A stretch of DNA of 54,602 nucleotides from Nanobdellota archaeon (GTDB taxonomy: Archaea > Nanobdellota > Nanobdellia > Woesearchaeales > SM23-78): contig JAHJQO010000044.1 in the NCBI GenBank assembly GCA_018819305.1, positions 1 to 54,602 on the forward strand. The letters run 5' to 3'. Position numbers and translations under genes: made by a program. Shown piece by piece: positions 15,896 through 26,900 of this stretch. Under the pieces are notes generated by a model. That model did no database searches. It saw only the letters and a list, made by a program, of their open reading frames with translations, and was not told where the DNA came from. Position 1 is the first letter of the stretch. Each line of letters opens with the position of its first letter.

Positions 15896-16495
15896 ATGCA
15901 TTCAAAAAAGATTAAGGAAGTTTATTCTAAACTCGCAAAAGGATATAATGATGAAGTCCTCAAAAAAGCAAAGTATGTTGCGCATAAAAAAATAGGAATG
16001 CTAATTTCTAATAAGGTTATTAATAAATTTGCAAAGATTCTTGATTTAGGCTGCGGTACTGGCTTGAGCTCTTTGGAGTTCTTCAAAAGAGGTTATGAAG
16101 TTACGGGAATTGATATTGCTCCTGGTATGATTTCACAAGCAAAAAAACTTCCTTATGAAAAATTGATATGTCAGGATTTAGAAGTTCCTCTCAGAGTGAA
16201 TAATAATTATTATGATGCGGTTGTTCTTACAGGAGTGATGGAGTTCATTAAAAAACCTTTAAAAATATTTCAACAAGTAAATAAGAAATTGGTGAAGAAT
16301 GGAATTTGTGGAGTGACAATTCCTAAAAAACAATCAAAACTAGAAATCCAAAGTTATTATAAGAAGGAGATTGAACCTGTTTTTAGAAAAGCAGGATTTA
16401 TCATTGTTGAAGCCAAGAGTATTTTCGGATATTACAAGAAAGGAGATATTAATCTGCGCGTTAACTATTATGGTTACGTATTAAGAAAAAAATAA
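15896..16495 (+). CDS. Class I SAM-dependent methyltransferase
   Basis: Motif I ILDLGCGTGLSS, then an acidic residue after beta-2 (VTGIDIAPGM), and VLTGVMEFI as motif IV/post-II. Confidence 0.8.
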   Translation: MHSKKIKEVYSKLAKGYNDEVLKKAKYVAHKKIGMLISNKVINKFAKILDLGCGTGLSSLEFFKRGYEVTGIDIAPGMISQAKKLPYEKLICQDLEVPLRVNNNYYDAVVLTGVMEFIKKPLKIFQQVNKKLVKNGICGVTIPKKQSKLEIQSYYKKEIEPVFRKAGFIIVEAKSIFGYYKKGDINLRVNYYGYVLRKK

Positions 16496-16707
16496 ATTGG
16501 CAGATAAGTAATATTGTGACTAACATCAGTATCGTTGTTATATTCTTCATTAGGATTGTTTTTTTGTGCATAAAGTCAAAGGCAAAAAATCAATTTTTTG
16601 TAATTAAATCTGCGACTCAGAGAACCACCCCCATAAATAACCTGTGAAGCCTGTGCGGCGTATGAGCACCAATAAAAATTTAAAACATAAGATAATACTA
16701 AAAGGTT

Positions 16708-17037
16708 ATGCATGAAACAATAATCGTAAAGAACATTCTTGAGGAAATCAGCAAGAAAGCACAAGGGAAAAAAATAACTTCAATAACTATAGAAGTGGGA
16801 GACCTTGCTCATTTGTCTGCAGAAGAGCTCAAGGAGTTCATGTCAAACATGGTTGATTATGATATTATTGTCAACAATGTCAAAGCATTGGTTGAATGCG
16901 TGTGCGGATACAAAGGCGAGCCTAAAATCCTGATGCATTCGCATGATTTAACCTTGTTTGAGTGCCCGAAGTGTCAGCTCACTCCAAAAGTTCTGAAAGG
17001 AGAAGATATTGTTCTGAGAGAAATCAAAACTCAATAA
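16708..17037 (+). CDS. hypA: HypA/HybF-family metallochaperone-like protein
   Basis: N-terminal MHE (the Ni-binding motif of HypA), 109 aa long, and a Zn-site-like CVCG...CPKC pair at the expected C-terminal position. Confidence 0.7.
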   Translation: MHETIIVKNILEEISKKAQGKKITSITIEVGDLAHLSAEELKEFMSNMVDYDIIVNNVKALVECVCGYKGEPKILMHSHDLTLFECPKCQLTPKVLKGEDIVLREIKTQ

Positions 17038-17224
17038 CCAGTATATATACATAATATTATTGATATATTAATAATATATTAATTATCTAGATATTTGAGT
17101 AACGAAAAGCTTAAATACTTATTTCTTGAAAATTAAATCTTAATAGTTTAATTCGTGTTTATTTAGGGTTTAAAGGGTGGGTGAAGTATTTATCACTATA
17201 GTTCTTGATTTTTTTATATTATTC

Positions 17225-17322
17225 TATTATACTTAAAAAGGTATAATACGCCCAAAATCAAAAGATTTAAATATAATATCATACGTAAATTAGAGTATTA
17301 TTATACTCGAAACAGTATAATA
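17225..17322. promoter_or_regulatory. Two copies of the inverted repeat TATTATAC-N-GTATAATA upstream of the wHTH gene
   Basis: IR1 at 17225-17248 is TATTATAC-N8-GTATAATA. IR2 at 17299-17322 is TATTATACT-N6-AGTATAATA. They lie 24-120 nt upstream of the GTG at 17346. Confidence 0.45.
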
Positions 17323-17345
17323 GATGAGGTTGAGGGTTTTACATA

Positions 17346-17939
17346 GTGATTGGCAACGAATTAGAGCAAGAAATAATTAGCCTGTACTCTAAAGATATTA
17401 GTTCTCTGTACAGCATAAACCAGATAGCTCACAGGCTGGGAAAAAAATATCCCTACATAAACAAAAAAGTAAGCTTTCTCATCAAACAAAAAATCTTCAA
17501 AAAAACAATCATTGGACGTTCTTATCTCTGCTCACTCAACCTGAACAATGATGAAACCATCTATCTTCTGATTCTTAATGAGATAAGAAAAAAGAAAGCA
17601 GAACTTGAGCTCAACCCTCAGCTGCAGGAAGTAATTGATTACACAGACAAAGCAAGGAAAATCATCAACCTTCAACTAGTGATTAAGAGCAAAGACACAA
17701 TCATGTTTGTGCTGCCAACAGCCGATGACAAGGAACAGTTTGAAAAAGCAATAGTAAAGCAAGTGATGAAAGATTTCAAAACCAGCATACTAAGCAAAGA
17801 AGAATTTCTCAAACAACTGCTGGACCAAAAAGAACTGCAGGAAAGACATGTGATTCTGCATGGCTATGAAAAATATTACGAGTGCATAAGAGAGATAGAG
17901 GACGAACTAAAACTAAGATATTCAAAACTAATACCATGA
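17346..17939 (+). CDS. Putative winged-helix DNA-binding protein
   Basis: The N-terminal YSINQIAHRLGKKYPYINKKVSFLIKQKIFKKTIIGRSYLCSLN resembles the wHTH N-domains of the MNT proteins at 37922 and 41086, but no GS..DxD nucleotidyltransferase motif follows. Its stop overlaps the start of the giant gene (ATGA at 17936-17939). Confidence 0.5.
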   Translation: MIGNELEQEIISLYSKDISSLYSINQIAHRLGKKYPYINKKVSFLIKQKIFKKTIIGRSYLCSLNLNNDETIYLLILNEIRKKKAELELNPQLQEVIDYTDKARKIINLQLVIKSKDTIMFVLPTADDKEQFEKAIVKQVMKDFKTSILSKEEFLKQLLDQKELQERHVILHGYEKYYECIREIEDELKLRYSKLIP

Positions 17940-20900
17940 AACAACAAAACCCCAACCAAATTAAAAATAGAATAATCAAGAGAAGTATGATTCTATTTGT
18001 GGTATTAGTTCTAGTTCTAACAGGTCTGGCTCAAACCCTAAGCCAATCACAGCCTGAAACCCAAACCCCAACCCAAAAACTCCTCTACCTCTCTGTAGAA
18101 AAGCCATGGTATGAACTTGGAGAAAAAGTGACTTTAATCATAACAACAGGAAAACTTGAAAACTATGAGCTAAGTATCAGCTCAGAAGAGAACTTCTACA
18201 AATTCAGCGGAGAGCTAAGCAACAACATAGACTTTTATCCAAAAGAAGAAGGATTGCACACAGTTGAACTCACAGAAAAAACTAGCAACAATTTGGCTGA
18301 CTCGCTTGAGTTTATTGTAGGAACAGACACAGCACAAACCAGCTCAGAAAAACCACTTGAAAAAATAAGCAATGAAATCATAAGCACAGATAAGATAGAA
18401 TATTATCCTGGAGAACCAGTCACAATCATTATAAGACTGGTAGAACAATCATCAAATAATTTCAACTTATATTATGAATACCAAGGATTCAGCCAGAAAT
18501 ACATGGGCAACCTAAGTAACAACACGCAAATAGTACTCATTCCCCGCGGGCTTGGAACACACCAACTCATATTAATGAATAAGAACAACAACATAATTGA
18601 CAATCACAGTTTTGAAATAAAAGAAAACCCAAGCATTAACACTATTTCAAGTCCTGTAAAAATAAAAAACAGTCAAGGAGGCGCACTGCAGGCCAGCATA
18701 ACTTTTTACAATGAAGAAGACACACCAATAACAACCACAACCACGCAAAGCAGTTATGCCATACCAAAAAACACAAAAAAAGTCAAAATCATACCAACAG
18801 ACCAAACTGTAGAAAACATAGTACTGGAAGGACTAGAAGGAGAAATCAACCTCGGCATGGAAAAAATCCATCCATTAAAAAACCCTGTACCAGACAGGCA
18901 TTCTATAAGTTCATTTGCAATTGACCCAACACAAACCAATTTTACCAATGCCACAGTAACACGGACTGCCAAAGGAACCGAATTATGGAAATGCAAAGAT
19001 TACACTTTTGAAACACAGACTTGTTTTGGAACATGGGAAAAAGTAATGAATATAACACCTGGAGAATCATACAGTTTTCTGCTCACACCAGAAGATCCTC
19101 AGTTCACAGAAACAATAACAAATTTATTCTGCAGCTGCCAAGTCACAGTATACAGTATAGGAGGTGATCCAGACACAGATTCATGTAGTACATTCTGCTC
19201 AGCAACAATAGATGTGCCTGCAGGTGCACAAACAGGATACTTAATGAACATGAGTTATGGAGTAAGCATAACTTTAACAGGAGATGTTAATTCAATAACA
19301 GCTGGAAGCCATGAAGGGCAATTTGACCAGGATCAAACATATGGCAATGGAAATGCTGCAACAATAGGCTCATCAACCACAACAAGCACAACAAGCACAA
19401 CCTGGCTCAACAATACATTAGTCAGTTCTGGCAGTGATGCTTTTGATGAGGTAAGTTGTGACGACTGGGCAAACACATGCACATGGTATGTTTATTTAAG
19501 TTCTGAAATAACTGTTGATGCTGGTGGAAAGTCAGATAAAACTGCAACCACAAACATAAGCCTTACAAGCATGAGTTATACCTGGAACTACACAATGCCA
19601 GGAGATCTAACAGTAACCCTTAACTGGCCAAGCGGAAACCTCCTCAACTATAGCAGCATTAATTTCAACTACACACCATCAACAACAGCCACACTCCAGA
19701 ACTGTACACTTTACACCAACAGAACAGGAGTATTTACAAATGAAAGCACAAACTCAACACCACAAAACGACCAGCCAAATTATTTCAACCAAAGCTTTAG
19801 CAGTGATGGATATTATTTATGGAATGTTTACTGCGAAGACAGCGACTCAAATATGGAATGGGCGCCAAACAACAAAACCTTTTTGATAGACACAACAGAA
19901 CCAACAATAAACCTAGAAAGCCCTGAAGACGAAAATGAAACATCAGCAGCAGCAATAACATTTTACTACAATGTCTCAGACACATATGGGATAAAAAACT
20001 GCTCCCTTATAATTGACGGTGAAATCGACCAGACAGAGCCTTCTGTCACAAGAGACACAAGCCAAAGCTTCACCACATCTCTTGCCAATGGAGAACACAC
20101 CTGGGCAGTATGGTGTTATGATTTGGTCAACAATCTCAATAAATCAGAAAACAGAACCATTAATGTTACTCTGGCCAGAAGAATATGGACTGACAGATGG
20201 TATGAAACAGGAACCGCAAACTATAGCGGAACAGCAGCAGACATCTCACTGGAAAACCAGACTGACGGAATTCAAAATCAATTATACTATAATCTTCCTT
20301 CAGTGACACCTCTAAACTTTCTCAACGCCACTTCTCCTTATATTGGTGGAGACGGAGCATTCATAGGCAGTGGCGCCACAGTTACTTTCAGAATGGCATT
20401 TGCTGCTGCAGAAGCAAAAGCAGAAGTCAGCTGGCACTTATATGTATTGCACGCAGGCGGTTCCATGACAGAAGTTTGCAGCAACGGAGATGACCGGGGC
20501 GGTGGAACACAAGTAACAGTAATAACAGAAGCCACATGTAGTCCTTCATCAAACATTAAGCTATCAGGAACTGACAGGCTAAAACTAGTAATAAACATAT
20601 ACAACACTCAAACAGGCCAGTTAAATGATGTCACCCACTACTTTGACCACGCCAACTCTTATGTAAATATTGAGAACTTTGTAACCCTGGGTCATCTTCA
20701 AGTAGATTTAATCCAGCCAACTGAAAACTTAATTCTTAGCCAGGGAGAAACATACAATCAAACATGTAATGTTACATGTATTGACGGAACCTGTCTTAAC
20801 ACACAGACATATGTTCAATACAACACCTCAGCAGATCCCTGGACAAATATAAGTTCATCAGGAAATATAATATTAGGTGCTAGTGAAACCAATCCTCACA

Positions 20901-23900
20901 TCACAGGAAACATAAGCAGTGCAACAAATGAAACATATTTAATTAATGGTAGCCAGCCCTCAACAAACTATGTGCGGTGTTATGCTGAATCACAATACTC
21001 AAGTGCAACAGGCACAACTCTCAGGCGAATAATTGTAGGAGATACCCTGCCCCCGGATGTAAGCCTGACAAGACCAGCAGACTTTAATTACTCTGACAGC
21101 AGCACAGTAACATTTTTCTATGATGTATATGAACTCACAGAAATTGCCAACTGTTCAATCATATTAAATGGAAGTATTAATGACACAAAATATACTGCAG
21201 AAATAGTTAATGATGAAGAAAACAATTTCACTGTAACTGGACTTACTGAAAGCAGTTATAATTGGACAGTAAACTGTACAGACAACGGAGGCTACACAGG
21301 AACAGACACGCCAAGAACAATCTACATAGACCTGACAGATCCATGGATATTCCTAAACTATCCTGGACAATGGGACACAGTAGGATATGAAACAGTTAAT
21401 TTCAATTGGACAGCCAATGATAATTATAATCAAAATCTTGATTGTGATTTATATATTGATGGAGCAATAAATGAAACAGGAATGACTTCTCCTCAAGCAA
21501 CCCCTGCAAACCAAACAGTCACAGGGCTTTCAGTAGGAAACCACACATGGTACATGAATTGTTCAGATGTATCTGGCCGAAGAAATATAAGCGAAACAAG
21601 AAACTTCACAATACAAGACAGCACACCAACAGTTAAACTGGAATTCCCTCCACCAGACCATGTAAATGATTCAAGCCCCTTGCTTTTCCAATACAATGCA
21701 TCAGACAACAATGGATTCCTGAATTGTACCTTATTTATCGACGGTCAGAAAAACGAAACCAACTCCAGCATTGCAAACAATGAACTAAACAATTTCAGCA
21801 TACTGCTCTCCGAAGGAGACCACAACTGGACAGTCACATGCATTGACACAGGATACTTAAATGATACAGCAGCCTGGCAGGACTTTACAATAGACCTGAT
21901 AGACCCATATGTATTTTTAAACGAGCCCATACCAACTGAAAATTTCACAAATGGAGATGTAACATTTAACTACACGGCATACGACTCAATTGACTTAAGT
22001 CTGTCCTGTGAATTATTTATCGACGGAAATTCAGAAAGTAATGACACAGCCACAAACTCCTCGCCAGAACTGGTAAATATAAACAATATATTAGATGGGT
22101 TCCATTACTGGAATGTAACCTGCACAGATGACTCCACGCGTCAGAATATCAGCGAGACCAGAAACTTCACAATTAATGAAAGCCCGCATATTAACCTCAA
22201 TATCCCTGCGCAGTGGAATGTATCAAATGAAAACATAACCTTCTTTTACACGCCAATCGATAATGATGGATTTACCAACTGCACAATATATATTGACGGA
22301 GATCCAAATGCAACAAACATCACAATATACAATGGCGTGCAAAATAATTTCACGATCGGAAAAATACCTGAAGGCAATCACACATGGAATGTAGGCTGCG
22401 TTGATAATGGTACCTATCTCAATTCTAATGTATCATTAACAAGAAATTTCACAGTCGACACAACAAACCCCACACTCATCCTTAACTTCCCAGGACCAGA
22501 TGAACAAGTAAACCAGACACAAGTAGATTTCAACTGGACAGCCAATGACACATTAGACACAAGTCTTAGCTGCGACCTTTACATCGGAGGAGACCTCAAC
22601 CAGTCGGGTATTCCGTCAGAAGCAGGCAACCAAACTGTTATAAGTAAAAATTTTCCAAATGGACGATATAACTGGAGCATAATATGTTATGATGATGCCA
22701 ACAACTATAACACAAGTGAAACCCTATGGTTTAATGTCAGTACTCCGCCAAGTATAGAACTCACTTTCCCAGACCCAAATGAAAATATGAATTATACAGA
22801 CTTGATGTTTGAATATATACCTTCGGCAGGAGCAGCCATCCAAAACTGCACATTATATATTGACGGACAAGAAAACGAGACTAACAGTAGCATAGACCCT
22901 GATAATTATAATTATTTCTGGATAACCCTTGGCATCGAAGGCAAACATAACTGGAGTGTGCGATGCATTGATGTTGATCTAATTCCAGGGTGGAGTGAGA
23001 CTAGAAATTTCACCTTGGACTTCAAAGCACCAAGAATTGAAATGAATTATCCAGGAGACGACGACACAGTCACTCGAAACAGAATTGAATTTAATTTCAC
23101 AGCCATTGATGACTACTCCTTAAACATGACTTGTAATCTGAGTGTTGACGGAACCCCTGTTGGTCTCAACTTGCCAGTACAAAATGATACTCCAAAGCTA
23201 TACAATGAAACATATCCTGACGGAAACTATACTTGGTATGTGGAATGCTGGGATAATGCAACCAACTACAATATCACTGACACATGGAATTTTACAATTA
23301 TTGCTCCACCCGATGTCACATTAATAAGTCCTGCTAATGGAAACTTCACAAATGCGACTTATGTAAATCTCACATACTTACCAGAAGATGATTATGTGAT
23401 ACCTAATTGTTCATTATATCTCAATGGCACATACTCAGGATACTATGATGATAACGTTGACACTAATGATAATAATTCATTTGACATAATCGGTCTTGGA
23501 GAAGGATACTACAACTGGACTGTGAACTGTACTGACCAGGATGAAAACACATATGCACCTTCAGAATGGAATTTCACAATAGACCAAACACCACCTATTG
23601 CAACCTTGCTGCTGCCAAGCCCTGGAGCATTGCTGACATCTGAAAATGTATTGTTCAACTTCTCAGTTGTTGACAGCATTGATGATAATGTTTCTTGTAA
23701 TCTGACAATAAATGGGAGTATAAACATAAGCAACATACCTGTAAACAATAATTCATACTACAACAATACTCTGCAGAACCTGAATGACAGCCTTTACCTC
23801 TGGAATGTTACCTGCTGGGATACTGCAAGCAATAAAAACACAACAGCAACACAGAACTTCACAGTACAGGCTCCGCCAAAAATAGCACTCGGAAACCCAG

Positions 23901-26900
23901 AACAAAACAATCGGACAACAAGCCAGAACATAAGCTTTTTTTTCACACCAACAGATAATTCAGGAAGCATTGCAAACTGCACATTAATATTAAACGGAGA
24001 TTTAAATGAAACTCTACTAATAGTTAACGAGAGTGAGGAAAACAACATCACTGTAAATAATCTTCCTAATGGAACATATGTCTGGACTGTCAATTGCACA
24101 GACCCGAGCGGAAACATAGGCACTAATTCAACTGGCAAAACTCTTTACATAGACCTCTATGGTCCGAATATTACTCTGCACAAGCCAGACCCTGAAAACC
24201 TATACAATGATGATGACATATTATTTAATTGGACAGCCACAGACTTCACAGGCACAAGCATAACATGTAATCTTTCTGTTTCAGATCCTGTAAGCTCAAG
24301 AAATGCCAGCATAATTGCATTGAGTGGAAGTGTATTTAACACAACCCTCTACGATCTAAGCGACGGCATACATTACTGGAATGTAACCTGCTGGGATGAC
24401 CTGAACACTAATGCTACAAGCGAAACCAGAAACTTTACAATCACTCAGCCAGACCTTATAACAACAACAGGCAACATAACTTTCAACAATACCAACCCAG
24501 ATGAAAACACTAACATCACAATAAATGCAACCATATTTAATATTGGAGGACGTGACGCAAATAATGCTGTTATAGATTTCTGGGATGGAAACCCGGCAAC
24601 AGGAACATATATTGGAAATGACACAATAACAATCACAGCAGGTTCAAACACAATTGCCAGCATAATCTGGAACATAACTTCTGGTTATCATACAATCTGG
24701 ATAATTATTGACCCAAGCGATGCAATCACAGAATTAAATGAAACTAACAACAATGCATCTAAAAACATAAGCATCTTAAAAGCATATTTTAACTCACCAC
24801 AAAACCAGACAACAACAAATGATACAACTCCAGAGATAAATTTCACTATGGAGGATTATACAGGAGGAACAATTAACTATACAATTTATGTAGACGGAAC
24901 ACCTAATGGTCAGGCAGACAGCGGAACAGATAATATAAGTATTGCATTTGACCTGACAGCATTGAGTGACGGCAGCCACAACATAACTGTGCAGGCCACA
25001 GACAATCTCAGCAGAAGCAAGAACTCAAGCAGACTAATAATTATCATTGATACAACAGTTCCAACAGTGAACTTTGAAACCCGGAACCATACCTGGTTTA
25101 ATCACAGCAATCCAAATGTATACTTTAACATAACAGACAGTCTTGACAATAATATAAACTACTCAACTTATCTTAACACCACGTTCCAGTCATCAGGAAA
25201 CATAAGCAATGCAACAAGTACAAATAAAACTTTCACTTCTCTTGGAGACGGCCAGTATAATGTTACAATCCAGGCAACTGACGATGTGAATAATTCTGCA
25301 AACTACACACTAAAAATATATGTTGATACAACAAAACCAAGCATCAATTTAACTTCTCCAGAAGAAAATGCTAATTTCACCACTTCAAGTGTTGACCTGA
25401 ATTTCACAGTAACAGACAACATGGCAAGCTCTCTTAACTGCAACTTAACATTAGATGACGGCTTCCTGCTAAATAACACTGGAATTGGAAATAATTCACC
25501 TTATTCAACAACAGCAACAAACCTTGCAGAAGGAACACATTACTGGAATGTGACATGTTGGGACAATGCAAGCAACACCAACACCAGCGAAACAAAATCA
25601 TTCAACATATTCATACCACCTATTGTCAACTTGACAAAACCCGCAGACAATAATATTTCAAACAATCCAAGCCAAACCCTATACTTTAATGTAAGCGACG
25701 ACACAGGAATTGAAAACTGCTCACTATACCTAAACGGAGAATGGAACACAACCAAAACACCACCACAAATAACCAACAACGCAGAAAACAATTTCACAAT
25801 AACACTAGCAGAAGCAGAATACAACTGGAGCATCAAATGCTACGACAACACCACCCAACAACTAGAAGCCAACTCAGAAAACTGGACAATAACCATAGAC
25901 CAAACACCACCAACACCAAACATAACCACAACCAACTACACATGGTTCAACACCAGTTCACCATCAATAGACTTCATAATAACAGACAACGTAGCAAACC
26001 CAATCAACTACACATTCTACGTCAACAGCAGCAGCGACACAACAGGAACATCAAACAATAACACACCAAACAGCGACACCCTAACAATAACCAACAGCAA
26101 CTCAAGCTTCAGAATAATACTACAAGCAACAGACGACGTCGGCAACTCAGCAAATAGCTCAAGCATAATCATCTATGTCGACACAGTCAAACCAAACATA
26201 AACATATCAAAACCAACCAACGACCAGGTCTTTGACACCAACAGTGTACAATTTAATTTCACAATAACAGACAATATGGCAGATTATACAATGTGCAACC
26301 TGACAATAAGCAATGGAATGACTCAGCTTAACATCAATGCAACCAACGACACACTACAGAACATAACTAAGAGTGGATTTACTTCAGGAACCTATTTCTG
26401 GAATGTAACTTGCCTTGATTTAGCAAGCAACAAAAACACCAGCGTGACTTGGAATTTCACAATACTGGCACCTGACCTTGTCATCAACACAGGCAATATT
26501 ACATTTAATGACAGCTCTCCAGAAGAAAACAAAAATATTACAATATATGCAAATATTTTCAATATTGGAGGCAGCCCTGCCTCAGATGTTATAGTTCAAT
26601 TCTGGAATGGTGACCCTGACGGCGGAGGCACTAAAATAAATGGCAATAAAACAATATCTACGCTAAACAATGGAGCTAACTTCACAGTAAATGTAACTTA
26701 TAATGTGAGCATAGGCACCAACAACATCTTTGTAGTTGTTGACCCTCCAACATTAACCAATGGAACAATTGATGAAGAAAATGAAAACAACAACAAAGCT
26801 AACAACTCATTTGGTGTTGAGCTTTATCAGGTTTATGCAGGCAACATATCAAGTATAATAGATTTGGAAAAACAAAGCATTAACATTTCAATCTTCCAAT

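Noticed and set aside
15726-15995. 89-aa plus-strand ORF overlapping the methyltransferase start.
   Set aside because: It has no motif and overlaps the well-supported ATG 15896 gene. It sits in what looks like the promoter/leader region.
15726-16654. 11-mer GTGAAGCCTGT occurring at both 15726 and 16644.
   Set aside because: Exact 11-mer repeats are expected by chance many times over in a 54.6-kb window. The flanks show no extended similarity.
17882-17935. 18-codon upstream extension of giant gene 1 (MHKRDRGRTKTKIFKTNT).
   Set aside because: It lies inside the wHTH gene in another frame. ATG 17936 gives a proper basic n-region plus hydrophobic signal and forms an ATGA overlap with the upstream stop.
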